64,000 nucleotides of DNA. Source: Chiloscyllium plagiosum (lineage: Eukaryota). This document shows, one piece after another, positions 13,840 through 27,400 of the stretch (its first letter is position 1; every line of letters begins with the position of its first letter). The notes beneath the pieces were generated by a model. It did not search any database and was not told where the DNA came from. It saw nothing but the letters and a program-made list of their open reading frames with translations. Made by a program: the position numbers and the translations under genes. Location of the stretch: assembly GCF_004010195.1 (NCBI RefSeq), contig NC_057717.1, positions 105,003,904 to 105,067,903 on the forward strand, read 5' to 3'.

Positions 13840-16190
13840 ACATTTCTTGACTTCACAGTAAAAGACATTAATATCATTCCAAAAATACTAAGTCATCAAG
13901 GGGCCCGGGGTAGAAGCGGAGGAAATAAACACAGTAACTATTACCAGAGAAAAGGTAATATGGAAATAGGTTTATGCTTAAAAGTTCATAAGTTCCCTGA
14001 ACTGAATGGCTCATCACCCAAGGATTTTAAAAGTAGCAGCTACAGCTGCACTGGTAGTAATCTTTCAAAAATCCTTAGATTCAGAAAAGTCCCAGAGGAT
14101 TAGAAAACTGCAGTGTAACATGCTTATTCAAAAATGGAGGGAGGGAGGTAAAAAAGATTGCAACAGCAGAGCGTTTAGAAATACAAAATGGGGAAAGGGG
14201 GAGGGGAAATCATGCCTGACAAATTTATTACAGTTTTTTGAAGAGGTAACAAGCAAGATCGATAAAAGGGACTCAGTAATATATGTGGAGTTTCAAAAAA
14301 CATTTGATAAAGTACCTCACTTAGGGCTGTTTAATAAGAGATGAACACATGGTGTAGGTGGTAGTTTATTAGCATAGATAGAGGATTGGCTAACTAAGAA
14401 AAACAGAGAGTTGGGATAAAGGGGAGCATAATCAACATTATAACCTGTAAGTAGTGGAACGCTACAGGGATCAATGCCGGAGACACAATTATTTTTAATA
14501 TATATTAATGACTTAGATAATGGAAATGGATGTACTATCACCAAGATTGCAGATGACACAAAAGTGGGTGGGAGGCAAGTAGTGAGGATGAAGCAGAGCC
14601 TGCAGGGGGACGTAAACAGGTTAAATGAATGGGCAAAAACTTGGCAGATGTAACACAATGTGCGAAAATGTGAGGTTATGAACTTTGGCAGAAAGAATAG
14701 AAGATCTAATATTATTTAAATGGGGAATGACTAAAGAAAGCTGTAGTACAGAGGGATTATGGATCCTTGTGCATCATTAACAAAAAAAACTTACATACAA
14801 GTTCAGTGGGAATAGAGAAGACAAATAGAAGAGCACAAAAATAGGGAGGTCTTGCTAAAATTATACAAGGCACTTGTCAGACCACGCCTGAAATATTGTG
14901 AACAATATTTAAAAATATAATGTCTGGAGGCAGTCCAGGAAAGATTCCCAAGAATGATTCTGGAAGGATGTTCTTGTGAGGAGAGTTTGAGCAGGTTAGA
15001 CCTTACTCATTGACGTTTAGGAGAATTAAAGGAGACATAAAAGGCATCTGGATAGGTATACAAATAGGAAGGGTTTGGAGGGGTATGAGCCGGGTGCTGA
15101 CAGGTGGGACTAGATTGGGTTGGGATATCTGGTCAGCATGGACGAGTTGGACCAAAGGGTTTGTTTTCGTGCTATACATCTCTATGACTCTATGAAACAC
15201 AGGATTATTGGAGGGCTTGGCAAGGTAGATTTAGAGAGGTTATTTCCCCTTGTAGGAAAGTAAGTTGGGGAAGAATGTAAGCAGCTTACAAGGGATGTGA
15301 ATAGGTTGGGTAAGCAGGCAACGATCTGCAGAAAGAATGCAAAATGGGAAGGTGTGAAGTTGTCTACTTTTGCTAAAAGAATACAAAAGCAGCATACTAT
15401 CTAAAACACAGAACTCTGAGATGCAGTGATCTTGTTGCCCTGGTGCATGACTTGCAGGAGATTAGTATGCAGGTGCAACAAGTAATCAGGAAAGCTAATA
15501 CAATGTTATGCTTTCTTGCGAGGTGAAGTTAATGCAAAGTAGAAGGTTTGCTTCAGTTTTACAGGCTATCTGGAGTATTGTGTACAGTACTGGTCATCAT
15601 GCTTACAAAAGGATATTATATCGGAGACAGCTCACAGGAGATTTACTAGACCAATACCTGAATTGAGCATAATGTCTTATATGGAAAGGCTAGATAGGGC
15701 TAGGCCTGCATTGTCTGGCACCTCCAGAAAGAGATGACTTAATTGAAACATATAAAATCCTGATTCTTGATTATCAAGGGGATGAAAGATTATTGGAGAT
15801 ATGCAAGAATGTAGAATTGAGGCTAAAATCAGATCAGTTATGATCTTAATAAACGATGGAGCAGTCTCAAAGGATCAAATGGGCTACTTTTGTTCTTTAT
15901 GAGAGTCAAGGACCAGTGGGCACAACCTAAGGATAAGAGATCGTCCATTTAGGACAGAGATGAGGAAGATTTGTTTTCTCTCAGAGGGTCAAAAAATCTG
16001 TGGAATTCTTTACTGCAGAGGGTGGTTGAAACTGGGCTGGTAAGTATATTCAATATTTTTAATCAGCAATGGAATCAAAGATTATAGAGACATGGTAGAA
16101 AAATGCATTTGAGGATTATTAGATCTTGATGAATGACAGACCTTGATGGCCCAAATGAGCTACGTGTGCTCCTATATCTTATGGTCTTTT
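13840..16190 (+). mobile_element. Cluster of nested decayed CR1 LINE fragments, with a younger HER1-type 3' end at ~15039-15192
   Basis: 'KSCLTNLLQFFEEVT...FQKTFDKVPH', 'KIADDTK'; 15039-15192 matches 49298-49457. Confidence 0.85.
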
Positions 16191-16769
16191 TTAGAATCTG
16201 ATACATAACAAATTGGCCTTGTACACTTGGACAAAATACATTAAAATGCTCTTTGTCAAGCAAATGATTCTTCTCTTACTGCAATCTCTCTGAAGCTGAT
16301 GAGATGTTGCAGCTTTAATTACAATCAGAAATTAAACTTCGAAACAGCCACTAGCAAAAGGGTGGATTTATCTGCCTATTCAGTAAATGAATGATTCGTA
16401 GCAAAGTAGTTATTAATTTAACAGGAACTGGCTGTGCGATGCCAATTTAGTATTTCTACGCAGTTAGGCATTTCCTGAAAGCTGCCTGCACTGTACATGT
16501 GGGCCTGAAAAATGTCACTCCATGTAACTGCTAAAGTAATTGAATTTGACTAGGATCAGTGTGGGCTGAGGACAAGTACAATGCTTCTCAGGATAACACA
16601 CTCTACCGATAATGGCCAGCACAGCAGTCCTCCATCCGATTTTCAGATGGAAGTTTTCCATGATACAACTAGGTAAGTCATAGACAAGAAATGCAATTTT
16701 TGCACATTGTTGATAGTGACAGTGAACAGAGCAGTGACCTTGTAATTTCCAGTGCCTATGTCATTTAAG

Positions 16770-17345
16770 TCCATAAGACATAAAACAAGAATATGCTGTT
16801 CAGTTCATTGAACTTGCTCCATCATTCAAGAGGTTCACTGTTGATCTGATCACAATCTTTGCTTTCCTATGCTGCTTGTACCCCAACATAATCCTCAACT
16901 CCCTCGTCGATCAAAAACCTGTCTAACATAGCCATGATTCTGGATTAGTGGTGGTGGAAGAGCACAGCAGTTCAGGCAGCATCCAAGGAGCAGTAAAATC
17001 GACGTTTGGGGGAAAAGCCCTTGCCCGAAACGTCAATTTTACTGCTCCTTGGATGCTGCCTGAACTGCTGTGCTCTTCCAGCACCACTAATCCAGAATCT
17101 GGTTTCCAGCATCTGCAGTCATTGTTTTTACCTAACATAGCCATGAATATATTAAATGGCTCAGTCTCCACTGACCTCTAGGGAAGAGAATTCCAAAGAT
17201 TAATGACTCTAAGAGAAAAAAAATTCTCTTCATCTGTCTTAAAAGAGTGATCCCTTATTTTTAAACTGGGTCAACAGTTCTAGATTTCCCCACAAGTGCA
17301 CACATCCTCTCTGCATCTACCCTGCCAGGATTCTTAGAACCTTAC
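16770..17345 (-). mobile_element. CR1 3' fragment interrupted by a Penelope fold-back insertion
   Basis: cataagacata tail; CR1 3' sequence is continuous across the TSD. Confidence 0.7.
16938..17131. mobile_element. Penelope-derived fold-back (inverted pLTR) insertion A
   Basis: 15-bp TSD ctaacatagccatga (16923-16937 / 17132-17146); arms ~16936-17010 and ~17021-17099 are reverse complements; unpaired 32-nt tail. Confidence 0.9.
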
Positions 17346-17349
17346 ATGT

Positions 17350-17920
17350 TTAATTTGATTTGATTTGATTTCATTACATTCCATTTCATTTATTATTGTC
17401 ACATACCTAGTTACAGTGAAAAGTTTGTTTTGCATGCAGTTCAGGTAGAAAAGGGTATGAGGGTGCAAAGTGTATAAAGGTAATAGAACAGAGTGAGGAA
17501 TTCAATGTTATGGCTGCAGAAAATCTGCATAAACAGTGAGATCAACATTAAATTTAAAATTTAAGAGGTCCATTCAGAAGTCTAATAACAGCAGTGAAGA
17601 AGCTGTTCTTGAATCTGTTGGTACATGTATGTAAGTTTTTGTATGTTCTGTTCAACGGAAGAGGTTGGAAGAAATTATAACCGGGGTGGGAAGGGTCTTT
17701 GATTATGTTTGTTGCCTTTCTGAGGCTGTGAGAACTACAGTTGAAATCAATGGATGGAAGGTTGGCATGCATGATGGACTGAACTGAGTTCACAACTCTG
17801 CAGTTTCTTTTGTATGTTCTGCTCTTCCTGGGCAGAGGAGCTGCCAAACCAAGCTGTGATGCATCCAGATAGAATGCTTTCTAATAATGCACCTATAAAA
17901 GCTGGTAAGTCTTTATAGAC
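17350..17920 (-). mobile_element. Rex1/Babar LINE 3' fragment
   Basis: Minus peptide 'KATNIIKDPSHPGYNFFQPLP...TNRFKNSFF..VIRLLN'; (tttga)n tail and tttattattgtcacat. Confidence 0.85.
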
Positions 17921-18559
17921 CTGCGAAAAGAAATGGAACAGCTTTGGTGTAGTATCCAAAACAAATCCCTAGTACAGTACTGAAAACACCATTCGTATAA
18001 TACCCTAGAGTTTCTATACCTGAAATGCTTCTGGTCTGGAACTAACACTAACTCTTCAATCTAATTCACTATCTCTATCATTCCCTTGTCAGAAGCACTG
18101 TTGTATACAGCCATCCTGTTCCAAGACCTTCACAGGACCAAATACACTAACAAAAAAAAAGTTTGCATCATCTGTGCCATGACATCTGTTAGATCAACCA
18201 TGGCCTAATCCATTAGCTTTGTTTAAAAACAGCAGCAGAACAAATTTCAAGTTGATGTACTTAAGGACCTGACAAAGAATGACCTACCATCAGTTATTGC
18301 CTCACAACCAACCTGGCAATGTTCAATAAACAGGAATCATTTAATTTCTGAGCACATGACCCTTCCTTATACTTATCATAAATAGTACTCAAGGAGATTT
18401 TAAGTTTCTCTGCCAGGAAGCAAGAACAACCAGGAGTTCTAAAACCTACTTTATCCTAAGCACAAGATGTTCCTAAACTGGAAACACCAACTTCAGAATC
18501 TCCGCCAGAGGCTCAATCCTAACATTGAGTGTCCTTGACCACATTCTCAGTATACTACT

Positions 18560-18843
18560 CAAAGTTTGTGCGAAGATTTGTAGTGTACAAAATACCATGC
18601 AAGGATTGCACAAAACACTATATAGGACAAACAGGAAGACAGCTAACATCGACTTGGACCCAATATACCAACCACTACAGCGGACAGCTGAAACTGACAA
18701 CTGGAGGCGGCAGGGACAGACCACTATAAACACCAGAGGAAACATCAAAGAAGCGCTTTGCAGGAGGCTCCCAAGCACTGATGATGTCGCCTAGCCAGGG
18801 GACGAAACGTTTGCAACAAAAACTTCCAGCTCGGCGAACAGAA
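18560..18843 (+). mobile_element. Internally deleted Penelope element with GIY-YIG endonuclease remnant
   Basis: 'VVYKIPCKDCTKHYIGQTGRQL' (GIY-YIG) and 'IDLDPIYQPL'; 13-bp TSD tcagtatactact (18547-18559 / 18844-18856). Confidence 0.9.
18773..18816 (+). ncRNA. Minimal type I hammerhead ribozyme motif
   Basis: gca-CTGATGA (18778-18784), stem II gtcgcct/aggggac, GAAAC (18804-18808), GTT, then tgc closing stem I. Confidence 0.75.
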
Positions 18844-19044
18844 TCAGTATACTACTAGTCACCATCACAACTGAAGGGCAACATGAGGTTGAAAAAGCCA
18901 TCTCAGAGCTGAGAACCACCAAGTCTGCCAGCACAGACAGAATCAATGCTGAAACAGTAACATATGGCAGAGAAACACTCTTGGCTCATACTCATAATAT
19001 TCCTCAACTGGAAGGAGGACAGTATGCCAGAGGATCTCTGAGAC

Positions 19045-19665
19045 GTATTTTTTTAAAATATTCATTAGTGGGATATGGGCATCGCTGGCTGGCCAGCATT
19101 TATTACTCACCCCTAGTTGCCCTTGAGAAGGTTGTGGTGAGCTACCTTCTTAACTGCTGTAGTCCACCTGCTGTGGGTTGGCTCACAATGCCATTAAGGA
19201 GGGAATTCCAGGATTTTGACCTAGCAACAGTGAAGGAATGGCGATATATTTCCAAATCAGGATGGTGAGTGGTTTGGAGGGGAACTTGAAGGTGGTGGTG
19301 TTCCCACATACCTGCTGCCCTTGTCCTTCTGAATGGAAGTGCATGTGGGTTTGGAAGGTGCTGTCTGTGGATCTATGGTGAATTTCTGCAGTGCATCTTG
19401 TAGATAATAAACCCTGCTGCTACTGAGGGTCCGTGGTGGAGGGAGTAGATGGTTGTCGATGTAGGGACAATCAAATGGGCTGCTTTGTCCTGGATGGTAT
19501 CAACTTTCTTGAGTGTTGTTGGGACTGCACCTCCAGGGAAAGTGGGGAGTATTTCATGACGTGTGCCTTGTAGATGGTGGACAGGCTTTGAGGAGTCAGG
19601 AGATGTTTTACTCATCACAGTATTCCTAACCTCTTCTAGCCACTGCGTTTACGTGGTGAGTCCAT
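19045..19665 (-). mobile_element. CR1/L2-group LINE 3' fragment
   Basis: Minus peptide 'TTLKKVDTIQDKAAHLI...SLHH..SVAA..IIYKMHCRNSP'; A-rich tail. Confidence 0.85.
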
Positions 19666-21107
19666 GTTGTGATCATCTTCAAAAAGGGAGAGAAAATTAA
19701 TCAAGCTAATTAAAAAAGGTTATCCCTACTATTTGCCACTGAAAACATCATTTCAAAAATCCTTCTCAATTGTCTCTTCCAGTGACTGAAGACCTCCTCC
19801 TTGAGTTATGAATATGTTTTTCATTGATCAAGAGGCATATTGGACATGAATTTCACAGCAAGGCAAATTGAACAGAAAAGTTCAGCGAGAAGCAGCAATT
19901 TTATATATGGCCTGTTTTGACCTCACCAAGGCCTTCAAACTCTAACAACTGGGAAAATGTGGAGTGCCTTCCTCAAATGTGACTGCCTGCAGAAATCCAT
20001 GATCATCCTCTGCCTGCTGCACTATGGCATTCACAGAAATATGACAGAATGGGCCTGAGGTACAATCTACCAGCCTGTACCAATCTGCTGCACAACATTA
20101 TCTGTTCCTTACCTCCCCACTACCAAGATCCATGGTGAGCCACTAGATAATATGAATCAATTACAATATCTTGGGTCCTTCTGTGAGGGCAGATATTAAT
20201 CATGAAAATCAACATCACCTCCAGTGTGCCTGCAGAGCTTCTGGCTATTTAGAAAAGGACAGGTGCTCCAATATCAGTGAACTCTCTCTAGCCAAAATTC
20301 CTCCTATTAAGACATTGGTTAGTTATTCAGCTGTATTGGGAAGGCCACAGCATCCTCACACCTGACAAAACAGTTTCAAAACAAGCTCTCTACTCCAAGT
20401 TCCATTATAGCAAGCACCACCAGGCAGCATAATGTCTAATTTTCTTTCCATCTGTGCTGGTCTCTGAGGTCCTTGCACAGCAGTAGCTTCTAGAACTGCA
20501 AGTCAATTCCACGGCTGACATGCTGACACTGATCACCATGGTGGAACCTAACTTAGAGGGGATATTGCTACCAGGCCAGCAGAGGAAACTTCTCCTTCAA
20601 GGATATCTTTAAAATTTCTGCAACAAAGTGCAATAATACCACTGACTCTTGTCTAAGACCACACAAACTGGAGAAGAAAAATCTCAAAGGTATGTACACC
20701 CTGACAGGCCAGATAAATGTCAAGCACAATGTCAGAAGAAGAGTGGAAAAACTCAAGCATCCCATATACCAACATTGCCAAACAATACCTGCACCAACTG
20801 TGACAGTGTGTGTGGACCCAGCATTGTGCTATTTAGTCACCTCAGAATTCACCATACCAGTGTGGGAGAAAGTCATCCTCAATCCTGAAGAACTGCCTCA
20901 GAAGAAAATGAACATTATATTCTGAATGTCCTGCTATTACTTCCCTGTTAATCGATTCCAGCATTTGTCCAAGGGCAGATGTTAGGCTAACCAGCTTAAA
21001 GTTTAGACATTGACAATAAACATTGGCCTTGTCATCAACACCCATATCCCATGAATGAAAGAAGAAATTTTCTTCAATTAACTTCATACAATATATGTAT
21101 GAAGGGA

Positions 21108-21150
21108 AGGGAAGAGATAAGATAGTACAGGGAAGAGATAAGATAGTACA
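21108..21150. repeat. 21-bp tandem duplication
   Basis: agggaagagataagatagtac x2. Confidence 0.9.
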
Positions 21151-21699
21151 TTTGTACTCCAATCAAGGGTGTAATACGAGGAAATAAAGACAATCCTTGC
21201 ATGTCTAGCACATGGGTACAAATGCAGCTTCCCCTCTCTGCAGGTTCTAAAGGCATTCTCCATTTAAGCACCAAACTGTCATCTAATACTGTTTCACTCT
21301 TTTATGCCTATATTTAATGGAACAGTGTATCAGATATTAATGGGCACAACTACATGTGGTCAATCTGGTAGCAGGATTCCTGTAACCCATGAGGATAAGG
21401 TTTCCACTTAACATTGAATTAAGTCAAATTTGCAAGTTTAGATTCTTGATCTGTAGCCAGTGAGGAGAGAATCACATGCTTGCAGTTTTAATTTTTAAAT
21501 GTAAAAATGCAATTAAGATATCTGTTTAATGAGTCTGAGTAATTCTAAATCCAAATCCCACTGGATGTTGGCCTACAGCACAAAACAGAGCAAAATGTCT
21601 TCCGAGACCAAAAGTATGGCTGCTTTTGAAAATGAACATATCATACCAGAGAAAATTACTATTATTATATACTAGCTTCACTCACCACCCAGTATTTAA

Positions 21700-22055
21700 T
21701 CAAGGCCAAAATTCCAACACTGTGCTGCATAATAATACTGTACAAGTGCTGCACATTTGGATGTGGGGTCTTTTAGATGATATATTAAACTGGAGCACTG
21801 CCTGCTTCTCAGATTAATGCAAAAGATTCCACCCTACTAGGAAAAAATATCAGAGCTCTTTTGGTATCCTATGTACATCATTAAAATCAAATAATTCCCA
21901 TCATTAATCTGATTCCTGTTTGTGGAACTTGGCTGTGCAAAAAGGTGTTGCACGTTTGCCTTCACTATAAGAGCAACTAGACTTTAAAAAGTATTATATT
22001 GGCTGTGAAGTGTTCTGAAAGTCAAAAACAGTATTTGATTAAATGCATTTCTTTG
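21700..22055 (+). mobile_element. Old DeuSINE (SacSINE1/AmnSINE1-like) copy
   Basis: ttagatgatatattaaactgg...ctgtttgtggaacttggctgtgc...attggctgtgaagtg. Confidence 0.6.
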
Positions 22056-23919
22056 TTCCTTTCTTATGGATCTCACATCGTAATGGCATTTTATAAGATT
22101 GTTATACCATCTAGTGCACAAGGCCATACTCCACCTAAACTAAAGTTATGCTTGAGCAAGTCACTTTCAGCAAGGTAACAAAGCAGAAACACTCAAAAGG
22201 TACATTCTTAACTTTGATTTGTAAAGGACAGCCACTTGTGAATCCCAATCTCCTGATCAGAAAAAGCCAAGCTGGAAGTTTTATTCCTACTTCAAAAATA
22301 AAATTCTCCTTTTCTGGCAAATTTTTAACCTGCTCAACTGTTAATATTTTACTAGCATGATACCTAAACAACACGCAAGTGTATTGAGGTGTGATATTTT
22401 TCGACTAAGGTTACAATTTTAAAATTCTCTCCCACCTGTAATTGGAAGTTATTTAATCCTAACTTCCTGGGCTGCACTCTCATTGCTTGTTTTACAAGCT
22501 GATGAATATTGACTTAAATGGAAAGTAGTATTGGGCATGGTGTAAAACCGTTCAAATCAATCATCAGTTTCTTGAAGGGTGGCTTAGTTTATACTTGCTC
22601 CCACACCTATGTGTTGGTCTCCCTATCCGTAACCTTTTGACCTGAACATTAATGTCCATGAGATAAGACGGCAGGAGAGGGTAAAATAGTGAACTATAAG
22701 GAATATGAACCCAGCTTCCTGCATATACATTCCCAGCTGCTTTATGGCAGTGAATATTTCACTGCCCTCCTGTGCAGAAGTGGGTCACTTAATTAATATA
22801 TTTAAATTTGGTTTCCACAGTACAACTGGGAGATCATTTGAAATTTTTGCTGCTGTATTTTCCAGGTGTTGGGAAACTAGATTGCTAAGAGGAAACTGGG
22901 AGCTGCAATCTTTTGTGGATCAGGAAGAGCTCTTCCCAGGGTGTACAAGAATGCCTTTGGTTTCCTCCAGCCCCAATTATCATTCTGCCCCAACTATCAT
23001 GATCACGGGCTTCTCCAAACTCCTCAATGCAGACTCCTACAATCGTGGCCTTCTCCCAAACTGCTGTTTGTTGGGGAACATTCCCAGGACTGTGCATCTT
23101 GTCTCTCTCAAAAGCTCAACAATTTTATCCAGAGGCTGAATAGCCTAACCCTGTTCATGTGTATCTATCTCATCAACCACCGACACCGAGATATCATCAA
23201 CTCTGTAACATTGCCCATTGGTCCCCCTAGCAATTCAATACCAAGAATTTACTGCACGTGTTTACAACTTCAGGTGTTCTTTTGTTGCCTTCAACTTCCA
23301 ACCTCCATAAATTACAATATATGCAGAACACTGTGTCCCACACGTTGTCAAACAGAAAGATCAACAGTCTTATTATTCCACTAGCCAAATTTCAATAGCT
23401 TCATCTACTACAATGACCTGATTATTAGATTCTTATTCACTTGTTCATATTTGTCTATGGAGTTAATATTGCAGGTCCTTAGTAGCATTATGGCGCTAAG
23501 CCAGTCTGAGGGGTCATCAAGTGCCATGGGCACTCATTCCTCCCATGTTCAAGAGCAGCATGCTTCCTGAAGGTTCTCAGCTGATGTGTCTGCTATACGG
23601 TTAATACACAGAGACCTGCCCTGAGAGTTGATGATTGCACTACATTTCTCTTTCCAGTTATTTCAATCTTAAAAATCATTAAACTTTAAATCAAGTGGAC
23701 AGCACAGTGTATGCCACTTCAGAAGTTTATTAAAATAGCATGGTTCTAAATTACATAGCGGTCAATAATGCATACAAAATTGGGAAAACGTAGAAAATGA
23801 AGATATGAAATGCCATAATCTTTAGCCCTCTTTATGGGTCAATGATAACCAGAGCTATAGGTTAAAATGACTAAGTAAATAAAGCACTGTTGCCTTAACA
23901 ATCTCAATGCACTTCTGAC

Positions 23920-24400
23920 CAGCCTGACTTGTTGCACCATCAATAAACTTGAGGACATTCGAGACTCTGATGCCAGATCCTAACTTGTACTAAGTCCTGA
24001 TCCTTTATCAACCCACTCTTGCTGATTATATTGACTTCTAACTAAGTAATGACCTGATATTAAAATTATTATTCCAGTTTTCAGATACCTCCACTTTTCC
24101 TGCCTTTGTTACCATCTTCCAATTACCAACCTCAGAGGTGTTTGCGCTCAACTCTGGCATTTTAAACACCCCGGATTTTAATCATTCTTGCTATTGCAGA
24201 AGCCACGCCTTCAATTGCAAGGCCCCTGAACTCTGGCATTTCCTATACACTCATCTCTATCTCTCTTCTTCTCATTTCTTATTTTAAATCTGTTTGACCA
24301 AACCTTTGATCACATGTCCTAATATCCCATTATATGGCACAATGAATTGCCTAAAGATATTTTACTACGTTAAATGCGCTACATGAAAATACAAATGTCA
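23920..24400 (+). mobile_element. Old L2-like LINE 3' end
   Basis: L2-like 3' terminus ttttactacgttaaatgcgctacat; highly diverged. Confidence 0.5.
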
Positions 24401-27400
24401 TACATGTGCCTTCGTTAAATTGTCTTCACAATTCTACAACATTGCCAGTGTTTTAAAAAACTGGCATTTATAACCAGCTGCTACTATATCCTGGGTTTTG
24501 TGTGTCATTACGGAGCTATCCACTGAAGTATTTGTCAGAAAAAGGTGTTCAGTTGCTTGGTACAGGCAGCATTCCATCTCATTACCACACAGCCCAGTTA
24601 CACAGATATTATATTTTAACATAATTAACCTTGGATATTAGCTCTTATTAAGTTCTGCTGGGTACAATATTCTCCCCATATTATCCAAATTTTACATTCC
24701 TGTATATTAATCATTTCTACCATTATCTACTTCTGAATCCTGTCAGTCACTGCACCAATGATGTTAATCACTATTTTTCATGATGACCAAAGACATCCTC
24801 ACCCATGCAGCCAACTCACTGTTAAAAGATGGCAGCCAAATTTTAACAGAATGCAATGAGAAAAACAAATTACACTGCATACATTACAGTATACAAAGGC
24901 ATAGCAGGTTGGGGGAAGATTACAGAGCACCACAAGTCTCTAGTAGATTTGGTGTTTCTATCATTGCTATGTCATTAAATCTTTAAATATACTGTCTTAG
25001 AAAACTAGGATTGCTGGAAAGTTGTTATTTATTATTTCTCATCCAGTATAACCAATATGGACTTACAATTTAAAAACATCTTCAACATACGAGTATCCCA
25101 AAGAACTTCAAGATTATTTCAAAGATACTGCACAGGAAAGCCATGGAGCACAGATACTTAAAAGTGGAGACTTTGAGAAAGCAGATAGCTCCTGTAGTAC
25201 AGTAGAAAAATGGGGTGATGGAAACACATCAGTTTGGAATAGAATGTATAATAAACAGTAAATGTTTGCATAAATTTATATTTTCCTTTGGTTCAGGATT
25301 TGTGTATTACTGAAAAAAACATTTTGTCAAAACATTATGTATTGCACTCATCAGGCCAATTCACAAGAATATCAATTTAAGGGGAGAACCAATATTTATA
25401 CTGTATGAGAGAAGAATATTGTTTGATTAACAAGTGGACTCTGGTGGGGTTTTATTGTGGAAATTGCAGCAGTTAATAACGATTGATAATCTACTCCCAG
25501 GTAGCCACGCAAATGTATTTTTTTTTAAGCAAAACTCAGATTGAAATTTATGAAGAAAAGGAGATCTGTCAGAAGTCGATATGGACAATGTTATGAATAA
25601 GGAATTTTTGACGAATATATATTGGAATTACCAGAAATTTAAAAGTACTGCAAAATTCCCAGTGACATATAGTCTGTTATTTCCCTATTTTTTGGCATCA
25701 AAGCACAAAATGCTTTCTGTCCTTGTCTCTCAATTTGCATACACCCCTCCTACCCCACATTCTCTCCTCTCCCAAATATACTACCTTTTACCAGCAACCA
25801 TCTGGCATTTTACTCAATTTCTATTTTCTTGTGTGCATATCAGCTGATAAATTATCTATGAACATAATACAACCAAATTAATTCTTTACTCAGCTGATAT
25901 CTGCTCATATGCACTTCTCAACACAGTGCATGGGACCAGAAGAAGGATAAAGAACTATGACTAATTGTTCTTCTCTCTAAACACAGGACATTCAGGCTAA
26001 TATGTTCTATAATGAGGCAAGAAAAATGCCTAAAAAGCTCAGCAGATCTGGTAGCATCTGTAGGAAAGGGAAACAGAGTTAATATTCAGTTCGATGACTC
26101 TTCAATCTCCCTCAGTCTTCTAAGCCCCAGTCTGTTTAATCTTTCCTGATAAGTATCTCCGTAACTTAGCTGATAGCAAAGATTTTAAAATATGACCAAT
26201 ACTTCTGGAAAAATATATGTACATCAATTAACCTCATGGAAACAAGCTATTATCACTTCTCACTATAATAAAAATCAGACCTGAAAAGTGGAAAGCAATG
26301 GAAAGATATGGTGAGCAGATAGGCAGTTGATAGATAGGGTTAAGGGATATGTTAAAAAAGGAGATAGTTGAGGGAAGGATTGAGGGATCTGTTGTGAAGT
26401 TGGACAGTGGGGTAGATATCAAAGAAATGTAACATTGTACATAAAAAATTCAACTGATCTCTCAAGTGGTTTGGGGGCTGTGGTTTGTATATCTGGAAAT
26501 TTTGATAAACAATACAGGACAAACTGCAAGTGCTCAGCTTGTGCTTAGTGCTTGGAATATAAATCATTGCCTTAGCATGATCTGACCCTGTTTTGTGGTG
26601 TCCGATTGGACCCCACAAATCCAATCTACATATCACACAGTTTTTAAATATCCAATACTATCTATCTATTTGACTTATCACATGGTTACAGACTGCTAAA
26701 CATGATACATAACCACACTTCATTCTGTGCTGGCAATCTTTAAAAGAAATCCTGAACCTGCAAGGAGTATAAACAGTGAACTGTTTTATGAGAAAATCAA
26801 AAATATCAAAAAATTGGAAACAAATCATTATTCAATTACTGTAAATTGGGAATCTCACCAAATTATAACTAGATTTTAATCCAGGGGTTGCACTAAGCAG
26901 TGTGGAATAAAATACATTAACAGATCTAGAGACAATTCAGAGATAATTACAATTGCACATTCTATGCTTTTATAGACATTCTCTTTCTCATATTTGTTTG
27001 AGTGCATTTTGAAAACATTTCTGTAGCAATATAAAAGATCCTGCAATGAATATTTACATGTAACAATCTAAATACATTGACTGCTAATTTGTGGTTAGTG
27101 ACAAAGCAATACCAATTCACAACTTCAAAAAGTTTTGGAGAGATCTAGTTATCTCTGTGGGGAGAACTTTAGTTCTTGCAAAATTCAACTGATTGTACAG
27201 TATTTTATAGGATTTCCCAGTATTCAGTTGAATTTTATCATTAAGTTGCCAAATACATTAACAATTTCAGACTCCAAACCAAGATATTCAAAAAAACACT
27301 AGTATATTTAAATTGCTTTACAAAAAGTAAAATTAATGTTGTAATATGCATGTGGGGAACGGCAAAAGTAAAAAGATGAGCAAACACTAAAGAAAATGGT

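Larger units (their letters stand above)
18420..20910 (+). mobile_element. Old RTE-clade LINE, fragmented and interrupted by Penelope (18560-18843) and CR1/L2-group (19045-19665) insertions
   Basis: 'HEVEKAISELRTTKSASTDRINAE' ~18885, 'VIIFKKGEK' ~19670, 'FDLTKAF' ~19915, C-terminal zinc-finger-like 'CTNCDSVC...LFSHLRIH' ~20790. Confidence 0.75.

Noticed and set aside
16938..17131. miRNA precursor or DNA-transposon MITE interpretation of the hairpins
   Set aside because: Arms match a pLTR attached to a Penelope ORF (51441-52270); ends are asymmetric and TSD lengths vary (14-17 bp), unlike DDE MITEs.
22436..22512. Possible minus-strand exon (ttaag|...ttacag|gtggga; one open frame NIHQLVKQAMRVQPRK)
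   Set aside because: Weak splice sites, no recognisable protein, expected by chance.
22705..23384. 144/147-aa overlapping ORFs
   Set aside because: No domain or coding-like composition; probably decayed repeat.
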